Source: Gemmatimonadales bacterium (GTDB taxonomy: Bacteria; Gemmatimonadota; Gemmatimonadetes; Gemmatimonadales; GWC2-71-9). From it: DNA of 64,000 nucleotides. Under the pieces are notes generated by a model. That model did no database searches. It saw only the letters and a list, made by a program, of their open reading frames with translations, and was not told the DNA's origin. Positions 33,955-44,409 of the stretch are shown here, in pieces. Numbering within the stretch: position 1 is the first letter of the stretch; the number at the start of each line of letters is the position of its first letter. The stretch lies in assembly GCA_038321865.1 (NCBI GenBank), contig JBBQFH010000013.1, positions 1 to 64,000 of the forward strand, given 5' to 3'. The position numbers and the translations under genes are program-made.

Positions 33955-35204
33955 GCCCTGTCAATTGGGCTCGGTGCACGCTCGGCGAGTTAATGGAGAT
34001 CAGGCACGGATATGCCTTCGCCGGCGAGTATTTTGTCGACGATGGAGAGTTGGTTCTCTTGACGCCGGGCAGCTTCAACCTGAAAGGGGGCCTCCGGCTC
34101 AAGGGTGCGAAGGAGAAGTTCTACGCCGGTCCAGTCCCGCCTGGATACCTGCTGGAAAGGGGCGACATTCTGGTCGCCATGACTGATCTCACTCAGCAGG
34201 CACCCATCCTCGGTAGCTCCCTTGTAATTCCGGAGAGCGGTCGCTTTCTCCACAACCAGCGACTCGGTAAGGTGGTGAACCTAAACACTGACCGGGTGAG
34301 GTCAGAATTCGTAGCTCATTTATTCAACGCTCCGTTCGTTCGCGAGCAGATCAAGGGAAGCGCGTCAGGGGCGACTGTTCGTCATACATCTCCCACACGA
34401 ATCGGCGAGGTCATTATAGACCTCCCGCCACTTTCGGCTCAACGGCAGATAGCCGCGGTACTCTCCGGGTACGGCGACCTGATTCAGACGAACCTCCGCC
34501 GCACCCAGATCCTCGAGGAGATGGCCAGTGCCATCTACCGCGAGTGGTTTGTGCTTTTTCGGTTTCCGGGCCATGAAGGAATTGCTCGGGCGGAGTCACC
34601 AATCGGTTTAATTCCTCAGGGTTGGAGCACCCGCCCTCTAGGTGACGTTTGCCACCTGGTAATGGGGCAGTCTCCTCCGTCCGAGTCCTACAATGATTTC
34701 GGAGAAGGTTTGCCTTTTCATCAAGGGGTCAAGGATTTCGGGGCGCGGTTCCCGTCGGATCGCATGTTCTGTACATGCGAGGGCCGCTTGGCTGAAGCAG
34801 GCGACGTCCTACTCAGTGTGCGAGCTCCCGTGGGCCGAATGAATATGGCCAACAAGCGGATGGTTATGGGTCGTGGCCTATGCGCCATCCGGCATCACGA
34901 AGGCCATCAGGCGTTTCTCTGGGAGTTGCTTCGTGATCGATTCCAAGAGGAGGACTCCATCGGCAATGGTTCGATATTCGCCGCCGTGACGAAGGCAGAA
35001 CTGGCGGGCCTGCACATGCTCTGTCCTCCTGTTTCGGTATTAGAGGCGGCCTCCGCACAGTTGGTCCCACTTCACCGCTTGACGGAGTTGTTGAGTGTGC
35101 AGGTCGCCAACCTTCGCGCCACCCGCGACCTCCTCCTCCCACGCCTTATGTCCGGCCAGCTCACCCTCCGCGAGGTCGAGGAGGCCGTCCCGGCCTCCCT
35201 TTGA
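33951..35204 (+). CDS. hsdS: Type I RM specificity subunit
   Basis: Two TRDs joined by [14 protein letters not shown]...[12 protein letters not shown]...IPQGW; ends [19 protein letters not shown] overlap with hsdM. Confidence 0.95.
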   Translation: MSPVNWARCTLGELMEIRHGYAFAGEYFVDDGELVLLTPGSFNLKGGLRLKGAKEKFYAGPVPPGYLLERGDILVAMTDLTQQAPILGSSLVIPESGRFLHNQRLGKVVNLNTDRVRSEFVAHLFNAPFVREQIKGSASGATVRHTSPTRIGEVIIDLPPLSAQRQIAAVLSGYGDLIQTNLRRTQILEEMASAIYREWFVLFRFPGHEGIARAESPIGLIPQGWSTRPLGDVCHLVMGQSPPSESYNDFGEGLPFHQGVKDFGARFPSDRMFCTCEGRLAEAGDVLLSVRAPVGRMNMANKRMVMGRGLCAIRHHEGHQAFLWELLRDRFQEEDSIGNGSIFAAVTKAELAGLHMLCPPVSVLEAASAQLVPLHRLTELLSVQVANLRATRDLLLPRLMSGQLTLREVEEAVPASL

Positions 35205-35236
35205 CCGGGAGTATTGCTGTCAAAGCGAATCGGCGT

Positions 35237-35269
35237 AACTTTTGATAACGACTTCCGCTATCAAAAGTT
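35237..35269. promoter_or_regulatory. Perfect 11-bp inverted repeat AACTTTTGATA-N11-TATCAAAAGTT, candidate operator of the fic gene
   Basis: AT-rich palindrome ending 9 nt before ATG 35279. Confidence 0.6.
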
Positions 35270-35278
35270 GCCGCCACC

Positions 35279-36445
35279 ATGCCGACCAGGTCCACCCGCG
35301 CAGGACGATGGGTACGCCAGCAGGCCGGGGCCGAGGGGTTTTCCGCCTTCGTGCCCGCCGGGCTGCCGCCTGCGCCGGCGGTCAGGTTCACGCCTGAGCT
35401 GCAGCGGCTGAGCGAGGCGGCGGGGCGGGCGCTCGGACGGCTCGAAGGGGTGTCGGCCTCGCTGGAGCCGGACCGGCTGCTGTACATGTACGTCCGGAAG
35501 GAAGCGGTGCTCTCGAGCGCCATCGAGGGAACGCAGTCCACCCTCTCGGACCTGCTCCGCTTCGAGGCCGAGGCCGCGCCGGGCACACCGGTGGATGACG
35601 TGCGCGAGGTGTCGCGCTACGTCGACGCGCTCCAGTACGGGATCGGACGCATCCGCTCCGGCAAGCTCCCACTCTCGCTCCGGCTCCTGCGAGAAGTTCA
35701 CAAGGTGCTGACCAAAGGTGGACGGGGCGGCGTCCAGGCGCCCGGACAGTTCCGCCGCACCCAGAACTGGATCGGCGGCACTCGGCCCGGCAATGCGCGC
35801 TACGTGCCGCCGCCGCCGCACGAGATGCTCGCCGCCCTCGACAACCTCGAGCGGTTTCTCCACGATGAGTACGGCTTCACCCCGCCGGTCATCAAGGCCG
35901 GGCTCGCGCACGCCCAGTTCGAGACGATACACCCGTTCCTCGACGGCAACGGACGAGTCGGGCGCCTGCTCGTCAGCCTGATGCTGGTCGTGGACGGTGT
36001 GCTGTCACAGCCCTTCCTTTACTTGAGCTTGTACTTCCGGGAGAACCGGGCCGACTACTACGACGCCCTCCAGCGCGTCCGCACACACGGCGACTGGGAG
36101 GGCTGGCTCCGCTTCTATCTGATCGGCGTGGAGGCGGTGGCCGCCCAGGCCGCGGATACCGTCACCGCGCTGACGTCGCTCTTCGATCGGGACCGGACGC
36201 GCATTCAGACGCTCGGCCGCGCCGCCGGCAGCGCGCTCCAGGTGTACGACGTGCTCCGGCGGCGGATCGTGGTCTCGATCTCCGGTGCCGCCGAGGAGGC
36301 GGGCGTCACCTGGCCCACCGCGAAGGCGGCGCTGGAGCGGCTGCGCGTGCTCGACATCGTGGACGAAAGCACCGGGCGCAGGCGTGATCGCCTGTACACC
36401 TATATCAGTCAACTCGAGATCCTGAACCGCGGGACGGACGCGTGA
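35279..36445 (+). CDS. Fic family protein (N-terminal inhibitory helix, C-terminal HTH-like)
   Basis: EAVLSSAIEGT and HPFLDGNGRVGR motifs; GTGA overlap with the hsdR start. Confidence 0.93.
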   Translation: MPTRSTRAGRWVRQQAGAEGFSAFVPAGLPPAPAVRFTPELQRLSEAAGRALGRLEGVSASLEPDRLLYMYVRKEAVLSSAIEGTQSTLSDLLRFEAEAAPGTPVDDVREVSRYVDALQYGIGRIRSGKLPLSLRLLREVHKVLTKGGRGGVQAPGQFRRTQNWIGGTRPGNARYVPPPPHEMLAALDNLERFLHDEYGFTPPVIKAGLAHAQFETIHPFLDGNGRVGRLLVSLMLVVDGVLSQPFLYLSLYFRENRADYYDALQRVRTHGDWEGWLRFYLIGVEAVAAQAADTVTALTSLFDRDRTRIQTLGRAAGSALQVYDVLRRRIVVSISGAAEEAGVTWPTAKAALERLRVLDIVDESTGRRRDRLYTYISQLEILNRGTDA

Positions 36446-39400
36446 CGCCACACGGGTTCACGGAAGACCAGCTGGTCGAGAAGCCGGCGCTCGAGCTGCT
36501 CAAGTCGCTCGGCTGGGACGTGGTGTCCGCGGCGGAGGAGGTGTTCGGGACAGAAGGTACCCTCGGCCGCGAAACCCCGGGCGATGTCGTGCTCGTTTCG
36601 CGACTCGAGTCCGCACTCCTGAAGCTCAACCCTGAGCTTCCGCCCGAGGCCATTGCCGGTGCGGTGGACGCGCTCGCCCGAGACCGGTCAGCGATGAGCC
36701 TGGTGGCGGCCAACCGGGAGATGTGGGAGCAGCTCCGTGACGGCGTGGCGGTGACGGTGCATGATTCGGCGCACGGCGGCCAGCGCGTCGAACGCGTCCG
36801 CGTCGTGGACTGGCACGATCCTGTCGCCAACGACTTCGTGGCGGTGAGCCAGCTGACCGTCACCGGCCAGCTCTACACCCGCCGGCCTGACGTCGTCGGC
36901 TTCGTGAACGGCCTGCCGCTGGTGGTGCTCGAGTTCAAGAAGCCGGGACAGCCCGTCCGCCAGGCCTTCGACGGCAATCTCACCAGCTACAAGTCCGATA
37001 TTCCGCAGCTCTTCTGGGCCAACGCGCTGCTCATCGTGTCCAACGGAACCCAGAGCCGGGTGGGATCGCTCACGGCGGACTGGGAACGGTTCTTCGAGTG
37101 GAAGCGGATCGAGCGGGAAGACGAACCGCGCCGGGTATCGCTGGAGGTGATGCTCCGGGGGACCTGCGATCGCGCCCGGCTTCTCGATCTGGTCGAAAAC
37201 TTCACGCTCTTCTCCGCGCAGGGGGCCAGCGTGGTGAAGCTCATCGGGCAGAACCACCAGGTGCTCGGCGTCAATAACGCCATCGCCGCGACCCTCCGCG
37301 CCCGGGAGGAAGGCCACGGGCGCGGCGGCGTCTTCTGGCAGACACAGGGCTCGGGCAAGAGCTTCGCGATGGTCTTCTACGCGCAAAAGATCCTTAGGCG
37401 CGTGCCGGGCAACTGGTCGTTCGTGGTGGTCACCGACCGGATCGAGCTGGACGACCAGATCGCCCGGACCTTCAAGGCGGTCGGCGCGGTGAGCGAGGGC
37501 GAGGCGGACGAGTGCCATGCCGGGTCCAGCGCGGAGCTCCGCGCACTCCTCCAGGGGAACCACCGCTACGTCTTCACGCTGATCCACAAGTTCCAGTCGC
37601 CCGACCCGCTCTCCGACCGGCGCGACATCATCGTGCTCACCGACGAGGCCCACCGGAGCCAGTACGACACCCTGGCCCTCAACATGCGAGCCGCCCTGCC
37701 GAAGGCGATGTTCCTCGCCTTCACCGGGACGCCGCTGATTGCCGGGGAGGAGCGGACGCGCGAGGTCTTCGGCGACTACGTCTCGATTTACGACTTCGAG
37801 CAGTCGGTCGAGGATGGCGCCACCGTCCCGCTCTATTACGAGAACCGGACCCCGGAGCTCAGGCTCGAGAACCCGGACCTCAACGAAGACATCTACGCGC
37901 TGATCGAAAATGCAGCGCTGGACGAAGCGCAGGAGGAGGAGCTGGCCCGCCGCCTCGGACGGCAGTACCACCTCATCACCCGCGATGACCGGCTGGAGGC
38001 GGTGGCGAAGGACGTGGTGCAGCACTTCCTCGGCCGGGGATTTCTGGGAAAGGCGATGGTGGTCTCGATCGACAAGGCCACGGCGCTCCGCATGCACGAC
38101 AAGGTGCGGGCGCACTGGGCTGTCGAGCGACGACGCGTGGAGCAGGAGCTTCAGCGGCTGTATCCCCGGCAGGCCGCAACCGACGAGTACGCAGAGCTCC
38201 TCCGGAGGCTCGAGGTGCTCACGACGACGGACATGGCCCTCGTCGTGTCTTCGGAGCAGAACGAGGTCGCAAGCATGCAGGCGCTCGGGCTCGACATCGT
38301 CCCGCACCGGAAACGCATGAACGACGAGTCGCTCGATGAGAAATTCAAAGATCCGGCCGATCCGCTTCGGCTCGTGTTCGTCTGCGCCATGTGGCTCACC
38401 GGCTTCGACGCGCCGAGCTGCTCCACTGTCTATCTCGACAAGCCGATGCGGAACCACACGCTGATGCAGACCATCGCCCGGGCCAACCGCGTCTATCCGG
38501 GAAAGCACAGCGGGCTGATCGTCGACTATGCCAACGTCTTCGCGTCGCTGGAGAAGGCACTGGCCATCTACGGACGTGGCCGGAGCGGCGACACCCCGGT
38601 CCGGGACAAGCAGGAACTGGTGGAGGCGCTCGGAGCGGCGCTCGCGGCTGCGGCGCAGTTCTGCGGGGGGCATGGTGTAGACCTCGCCGCCATCGAGGCG
38701 GCGCCGGCCGGAAGCATGGCGCGTCTGACGCTGCTCGCCGAGGCGGTGGACCGGCTCATTACTCCGGACCCGATCCGGAAGGATTTTCTTGGACACGAAC
38801 GTTTCGTGAGCACGCTGTATCGCGCGGTGAAGCCGGATCCGGTGCTCGTCGGCTTCTGGAGTCGCGTGATGACCCTTGCTACCGTGGCCGGCGCGATCCG
38901 GGAGCGTACGCAGCCGGAGCAGCCGGGCGACATCTCGGTGGTGATGGCCGCGATCAACAAGCTGCTCGACGAGTCGATCGCGGCCGACGGCTACCGGATA
39001 CGCGAGGGAGCGAACAGGGGCGGCCGGCCCGCCGTCATCAACCTGGCCGACATCGACTTCGACGTGCTGGCGAAGCGCTTCGAGAAGTCCAACCGGAAGA
39101 ACGTCGAGCTGGAGCAGCTCCGGGTCGCGATCCAGGCCCAGCTGGGGCGGATGGTAGAGCTCAACCGGACTCGGGTGGACTATCTCGAGCGGTTTGAGGC
39201 GCTGATCGAATCCTACAATGTCGGGAGCCGGAATATCGATGAGCTGTTCCGGGAGCTGGTCGCGCTGAGTAACGCCCTCTCAGCGGAACAGCAGCGCCAC
39301 GTGCGGGAGCAGTTGACCGAGGAAGAGCTGGCGGTGTTCGATCTGCTCACCCGCCCGGGACCGACACTGAGTGCCGAAGAACGCGATGAGGTAAAGAAGG

Positions 39401-39627
39401 TTGCTCGGCAACTGCTCGAGACGGTCAAGACTGCCATCGTGCTCGACTGGCGGCAGAAGGCGCAGGCGCGGGCGCGGGTGCGGATCGCGATCGAGGATGC
39501 GCTGGACGGCGGATTGCCGCGCGCGTACACCCCCGAGTTATATAATGAAAAGGTCGGGGTGGTGTTTGAGCATGTCTATGAGAGCTACCAGAACGACGGG
39601 CGCAGCGTCTATTCGCGAGTTGCCTGA
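36442..39627 (+). CDS. hsdR: Type I RM restriction subunit
   Basis: RPDVVGFVNGLPLVVLEFK nuclease motif; TQGSGKS, DEAHRSQY, FTGTP, LTGFDAP and QTIARANR helicase motifs. Confidence 0.96.
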   Translation: MTPHGFTEDQLVEKPALELLKSLGWDVVSAAEEVFGTEGTLGRETPGDVVLVSRLESALLKLNPELPPEAIAGAVDALARDRSAMSLVAANREMWEQLRDGVAVTVHDSAHGGQRVERVRVVDWHDPVANDFVAVSQLTVTGQLYTRRPDVVGFVNGLPLVVLEFKKPGQPVRQAFDGNLTSYKSDIPQLFWANALLIVSNGTQSRVGSLTADWERFFEWKRIEREDEPRRVSLEVMLRGTCDRARLLDLVENFTLFSAQGASVVKLIGQNHQVLGVNNAIAATLRAREEGHGRGGVFWQTQGSGKSFAMVFYAQKILRRVPGNWSFVVVTDRIELDDQIARTFKAVGAVSEGEADECHAGSSAELRALLQGNHRYVFTLIHKFQSPDPLSDRRDIIVLTDEAHRSQYDTLALNMRAALPKAMFLAFTGTPLIAGEERTREVFGDYVSIYDFEQSVEDGATVPLYYENRTPELRLENPDLNEDIYALIENAALDEAQEEELARRLGRQYHLITRDDRLEAVAKDVVQHFLGRGFLGKAMVVSIDKATALRMHDKVRAHWAVERRRVEQELQRLYPRQAATDEYAELLRRLEVLTTTDMALVVSSEQNEVASMQALGLDIVPHRKRMNDESLDEKFKDPADPLRLVFVCAMWLTGFDAPSCSTVYLDKPMRNHTLMQTIARANRVYPGKHSGLIVDYANVFASLEKALAIYGRGRSGDTPVRDKQELVEALGAALAAAAQFCGGHGVDLAAIEAAPAGSMARLTLLAEAVDRLITPDPIRKDFLGHERFVSTLYRAVKPDPVLVGFWSRVMTLATVAGAIRERTQPEQPGDISVVMAAINKLLDESIAADGYRIREGANRGGRPAVINLADIDFDVLAKRFEKSNRKNVELEQLRVAIQAQLGRMVELNRTRVDYLERFEALIESYNVGSRNIDELFRELVALSNALSAEQQRHVREQLTEEELAVFDLLTRPGPTLSAEERDEVKKVARQLLETVKTAIVLDWRQKAQARARVRIAIEDALDGGLPRAYTPELYNEKVGVVFEHVYESYQNDGRSVYSRVA

Positions 39628-39759
39628 CGGGGTTGGTCCAAAGTCCACGGGATGGTCACGCCGTTCCATTCGAGCTCCGCACCGAGCGACGTACGCGTCA
39701 TCCGCCCAGAGGCATGCACGAGCTGCGAGGGCGCGATTCGGTTGCAGACACGTAGTGAC

Positions 39760-42402
39760 TTACTGCCCCGCCGCGAGGCGCTCGAAGCGCGGATTGCCCT
39801 TGAGCGAGGCGAACAGCGGATCGATCCGGAGCCAGGCGGGGGTCAGGTCGTAACCGATTTTACGTACGAGCGGCTCGAGCAGATCGAGCGCCTTCGCCGG
39901 CTCCCCGGTCAGCAGGTAGATCCGCGCCAGCTGATGGCGAAGGTAATCGCGATATCGCTCATCGCCGCGCGATGCCCACCCGCCTTCGCGGGCCGCCCCC
40001 GCCTTGTCGCCAAGATAGGCCAGCGCAACGCCGAGGATCACGTGCCGCTGCGCGTCGCCGGGTGCGGCCAGCAGTTGCTGTTCGAACGCCACTCGCGCGG
40101 TATCGGCATAGGCCATCGCGACCTTCCGATCGCCGCGGAGCCAATGCGTGTGCGCCATCACGATCGCCCAACCTGCGCGGTCGTCGTCGAACGCCGCGGG
40201 GGTGAGCCGAAGGAGGAGTTGCTGATCGGCGTCCTCGAGTACCCAATAGAGATCAAAATATTCCGCGACGTACGCCACCAAGGCGGTGTGGTCCACCGCG
40301 GCCGGCGCCGCGCGGAGCACCGCCTGCGCCCGGGCGAGGTCGCCCCGGGCCAGCTCCACGATCGCGCGCTCTTCCCGGATGTGGAGATCCGCCGGCGCCA
40401 GCGCGAGCGCGCGATCGAGCGCAGCGGCCGCTTCGGGAAGGTGCCGAAGCGTCCGGAGCGCCACGCCGAGACGCCGGGCGGCGACCGCCGAACGGGGATC
40501 GAGTGCCGCGACGTGGCGCGCGTGCACGAGGGCGGAATCCCATTGGCTCCGATTCATCTCGTTGCTGACCATCAAACCGAGCAGGAGCGGATTGGACGGC
40601 GCATGTCTGAGGCCGGCTTCGGCCGCGGCGCGTGCCTTTCCCAGGTCGGCGGCCACAAACGTGAAGTACGCGGCGAGCGCCCACTGGCTCTCCGCGGCAT
40701 CGGGCGCCAGGGTCGCGGCACGTTCGGCGGCGTCCCGGGCGGCGGCGGCCAGGGCCGGCGCCGGGACGCCGTTGCCGTAGAGTAGTGACCGCGCAAAGGC
40801 CAGGTGGCTCCAGGCCAGCGCGAACGCGGGATCGAGTGCGGTGGCCTGTTCGTACCAGGTGGTTGCGCGACGCAGGCTGACCGGATCGGAAACCAGCAGG
40901 TTGTTCGAGACCTCTTCGCCCCGGAGATAGGCGTCATACGCGGCGAGATTGCCGGTGGGCCGCCCGGCGAGCGCCCGCCGCGCGCTGTCGCCCAGCGCCA
41001 CGTCGAGCGCCTGGGCCACCTTGCCGGCGATGTCGGTCTGCACCTGGAAGACGTCGGTGAGCGCGGCGTCGAACGGCGCCTGCCAGCGGGTGGTCGGCGT
41101 GCCGTTCACGATCTCGACCAGCTCGGGATTCACCTGGACCCGGCTGGTGCCGTCGGCGTGACGCTCCCAGCGCACCGTGGCCGTGAGCAGGTAGCGCACG
41201 CCCAGCTCCTCCGCGATGGCGCGGGGCGCCTTCGTCGTCTTGGCATACGGGGTGGAGCTCGCCCGCGCGATCACCTGCAGGCCGCCAAGCTCGGACAGCT
41301 TGCCGCGCACCTGGTCGGCAACGCCGTCGGCGAAGTAGGCGTCATCCGGCGCGCCGAGGTTTTCGAACGGCAGCACGGCGAGCATGCGCACGCCCGCGGC
41401 GGCATCACCATGGCCGCCGCGTCGCCACGCGAAGAGAATCCCGAGCCCGAGCACGAATCCGACCGCGAGCGTGCCGAACGCGACCGGGAACCGGCGGCGG
41501 GCCCGCGCGGGCGCCGCCACGATTGCCGGCGCCGCTGGTGCGGTCGCGGCACTGATGGAGTGGGCCGGCGTGAGCGCGGCCGCGAACTCGGCCGCGCTGG
41601 CGAACCGGTCGGCCGGTGTCCGTGCCAGCGCCTTCTGCACCGCCTGCGAGACGAACGGCGGCACCGAGTCGCGCAGCTGATCGAGCGGCTTCGGCGATTC
41701 GGTGAAGCGCCGTGCGATCATCGCCTGCGGTGTCGCGGCCACGAACGGCGTCTGGCCCGCCAGCATCTCGTACAGCACCGTCGCGAGACTGTAGACGTCG
41801 GTGCGGGCATCGAGGTCCCGCTCGCCCGCCGCCTGCTCGGGGCTCATGTACGCCGCGGTGCCGATCGACGTGCCCGTCTCGGTCAGGTGCTCGGACTCGG
41901 CCCTGAGCCCGCGGGCGATGCCGAAATCGGCCACGAGCGCGTGGGTGCCGGAGAGGAGCAGATTCTCCGGCTTGATGTCGCGGTGGACGATGCCGTGATG
42001 GTGCGCGTAATCCAGCCCGTCGGCCGCTTCACGGGTGATCCGGAGCGCGTCCTCGAGCGGCAGCTGCTTTTCGCGAGTGAGCCGCTGGCGAAGGGTTTCG
42101 CCCTCGACGAACGGCATGCTGAACCAGAGGACCTCGCCGCCGGGCGCGCCGAGGCTGCCGGAGTCGTGCACGGTGAGGATGTGCGGGTGCTGCAGCCGGG
42201 CGGCCAGCCGGATCTCCCGCTGGAAGCGCTCGGGGCCGAGGGCGTGGGCGAGATCGGGGTGCAGCACCTTGAGGGCGACGGGGCGGTCGTGCCGGATGTC
42301 GTGCGCGAGGTAGACCGTGGCCATGCCGCCACGGCCCAGCTCGCGTTCGATCGTGTAGGACGATGCCAGCCCGGTCCGGAGCTGCGCCAGCAGGTCGGCC
42401 AA
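39760..42402 (-). CDS. Hanks-type Ser/Thr kinase with TM, TolB-like domain and TPR repeats
   Basis: GRGGMATV, VALK, HRDIKPEN, DFG and YMSPE motifs; AVLPFENLG...YFADG; TPR C-terminus; TTG start. Confidence 0.92.
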   Translation of the reverse strand: MADLLAQLRTGLASSYTIERELGRGGMATVYLAHDIRHDRPVALKVLHPDLAHALGPERFQREIRLAARLQHPHILTVHDSGSLGAPGGEVLWFSMPFVEGETLRQRLTREKQLPLEDALRITREAADGLDYAHHHGIVHRDIKPENLLLSGTHALVADFGIARGLRAESEHLTETGTSIGTAAYMSPEQAAGERDLDARTDVYSLATVLYEMLAGQTPFVAATPQAMIARRFTESPKPLDQLRDSVPPFVSQAVQKALARTPADRFASAAEFAAALTPAHSISAATAPAAPAIVAAPARARRRFPVAFGTLAVGFVLGLGILFAWRRGGHGDAAAGVRMLAVLPFENLGAPDDAYFADGVADQVRGKLSELGGLQVIARASSTPYAKTTKAPRAIAEELGVRYLLTATVRWERHADGTSRVQVNPELVEIVNGTPTTRWQAPFDAALTDVFQVQTDIAGKVAQALDVALGDSARRALAGRPTGNLAAYDAYLRGEEVSNNLLVSDPVSLRRATTWYEQATALDPAFALAWSHLAFARSLLYGNGVPAPALAAAARDAAERAATLAPDAAESQWALAAYFTFVAADLGKARAAAEAGLRHAPSNPLLLGLMVSNEMNRSQWDSALVHARHVAALDPRSAVAARRLGVALRTLRHLPEAAAALDRALALAPADLHIREERAIVELARGDLARAQAVLRAAPAAVDHTALVAYVAEYFDLYWVLEDADQQLLLRLTPAAFDDDRAGWAIVMAHTHWLRGDRKVAMAYADTARVAFEQQLLAAPGDAQRHVILGVALAYLGDKAGAAREGGWASRGDERYRDYLRHQLARIYLLTGEPAKALDLLEPLVRKIGYDLTPAWLRIDPLFASLKGNPRFERLAAGQ

Positions 42403-42603
42403 GTCATTCCCCGGTTGTAAGCGGTGACACCGGAATCATATCGCCGTGCGGGAGGATTGGCGAATCGTTACTTCATAAAGACTCCTTCACGCAAAAAACG
42501 ACTCGTTCTCATCTTCCCATCGGTAGGTTGAGTCGGTGGTCCCGGATTCGTGGCCTGAATCCTGGTCCCGGTCGCTGCTGTTTCCTTTCGGAAGGAGCGC
42601 ACC

Positions 42604-44013
42604 ATGCTGCCTGTCGCCTTGCTGTCGATTGTCCTGCTGGGGAGCGCGCCACACCGTGGGGCAGTGCTCCGCTCCGACCCGCTCGACGGGGTGGTACGGG
42701 CCTACATCGCGGCGCACACGGTGGCACGGACCCGATTCCTGGCCGAACATGCGGCGATTCCGAGTTTCGCCCGCCAGACGGGGCTCGCCTGTTCCGCCTG
42801 CCACACCTCCTTCCCGCAACTGACCGCGTTCGGTCGTCTGTTCAAGCTCAACGGCTACACCATGACCGGCCTTCAGCTCATCCAGGCGGGCGACAGCGGG
42901 AAGCGCGAGACGTTGAAGCTGGGCCTCATCCCGCCCATTTCGGCCATGGTCCAGACGTCGTTCTCCCAGACCAAGCGTGCGCCGGACGGCACCCAGAACG
43001 GCAACGTCGAGTTTCCGCAGCAACTCAGCCTGTTCGTCGGGGGCGAGATTACGCCGCGGATCGGCACGTTTCTCCAGCTCACGTACTCGGGCGCCGACGG
43101 GGCGATCGGCATCGACAACGCCGAGCTGCGGTTTGCCAACCGGACCCAGGTTGGCGCGAAGGAGCTGATCTACGGGCTGACGCTCAATAACAATCCGACC
43201 AGCCAGGATGTGTGGAACACCGTGCCGGCATGGCGATTCCCCTACGCTTCCTCGGGCACGGCTCCGACTCCGAGCGCGGCGCCGCTGCTCGAGGGCGCCC
43301 TGGCGCAGCAGGTCGCCGGGCTCGGCGCGTACGCCATGTACAATGGGCAGTTCTATGGCGAGTACAGCGCGTATCGGTCGGCTGCGCAAGGTGGCCCACA
43401 TCCCCCCGACGCCAGCGCGACGAACACGATTTCCGGCGTCGCATCGTATTGGAGAGGGTTCTTCCAGCACGCCTGGGGCAGCAATGCCGTCATGCTCGGC
43501 ACGTTCGGCATGTCGGCCAAGCTGTTCCCCGCGGGCGTAGCTGGTGACGTGAACCGCTATAACGATTTCGCGCTGGACGGCCAATACGAGCGCAAGATCG
43601 GCAGCTCGAGCTTCAGCGCTCACGGCTCCTGGCTGCGCGAGCGCCAGCACCTGGACGCGTCGTTCGCAGCGGAGGAATCGGCGAACGCCAGCAACACGCT
43701 CAAGGCGCTCCGGCTCGACGCCGGCGTCCTGACGGCATCGCGCATCGGCCTGACCGTGGGCTACTTCGGGACCACGGGAACGACTGACGCCCTGCTGTAC
43801 CCCAGTGACCCCGTGCTGGGCAGCGCCACCGGGTCCCCCGACAGCAGGGGCGTGCTCGGTGAGCTGTCGTACATGCCGTGGCTCAACACCCGGTTCTCGC
43901 TACAGTACGTCGCGTACGGCAAGTTCAACGGAGGCAAGAGCGACTACGACGGTTCCGGACGAACGGCCAGCGACAACAACGTGCTCTACCTCCTGGCATG
44001 GGTCGCATTCTGA
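42604..44013 (+). CDS. cyc2: Cyc2-like fused monoheme cytochrome c - outer-membrane porin
   Basis: AAGGAG RBS; IPSFARQTGLACSACHTSFPQLTAFGRLFKLNGY matches the Cyc2 N-terminal signature with one CxxCH; amphipathic barrel strands ending YLLAWVAF. Confidence 0.8.
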   Translation: MLPVALLSIVLLGSAPHRGAVLRSDPLDGVVRAYIAAHTVARTRFLAEHAAIPSFARQTGLACSACHTSFPQLTAFGRLFKLNGYTMTGLQLIQAGDSGKRETLKLGLIPPISAMVQTSFSQTKRAPDGTQNGNVEFPQQLSLFVGGEITPRIGTFLQLTYSGADGAIGIDNAELRFANRTQVGAKELIYGLTLNNNPTSQDVWNTVPAWRFPYASSGTAPTPSAAPLLEGALAQQVAGLGAYAMYNGQFYGEYSAYRSAAQGGPHPPDASATNTISGVASYWRGFFQHAWGSNAVMLGTFGMSAKLFPAGVAGDVNRYNDFALDGQYERKIGSSSFSAHGSWLRERQHLDASFAAEESANASNTLKALRLDAGVLTASRIGLTVGYFGTTGTTDALLYPSDPVLGSATGSPDSRGVLGELSYMPWLNTRFSLQYVAYGKFNGGKSDYDGSGRTASDNNVLYLLAWVAF

Positions 44014-44409
44014 ATGCAGTGGCGTCCGGAGGCTTGGCCGGGACCGATCCTCGGGCGCTTGCTGCTGCTGCTGGTGGCCGCGGCGCTTCCGTACGGCAGC
44101 GCCGCGGGCCAGGCGCCGGCTGGGCCGGACGTGACCGCGGCAGCCGCCGCGGGCCGCAAGATCTTCCATGGGGCGGGCACCTGCTTCGCCTGTCACGGGG
44201 GAAAACTGGAGGGGACGGCGATCGCCCCGACGCTGCGGGCGCACAAATGGCGCAATGGTGATGGGTCACTCGATGCGATCATCCGGATCGTCTCCCACGG
44301 CGTGCCGGGCACACTGATGGTGTCCCATCCTGGCGGGATCAGTGACGCGCAGCTGAAGGAGGTTACGATGTACGTGTGGGCCGTCAGCCAGGGGAAAACT
44401 CCGCCGTGA
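44014..44409 (+). CDS. Exported monoheme cytochrome c
   Basis: Signal peptide; GRKIF...CFACHG; candidate distal Met in GVPGTLM; starts immediately after the cyc2 stop. Confidence 0.88.
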   Translation: MQWRPEAWPGPILGRLLLLLVAAALPYGSAAGQAPAGPDVTAAAAAGRKIFHGAGTCFACHGGKLEGTAIAPTLRAHKWRNGDGSLDAIIRIVSHGVPGTLMVSHPGGISDAQLKEVTMYVWAVSQGKTPP

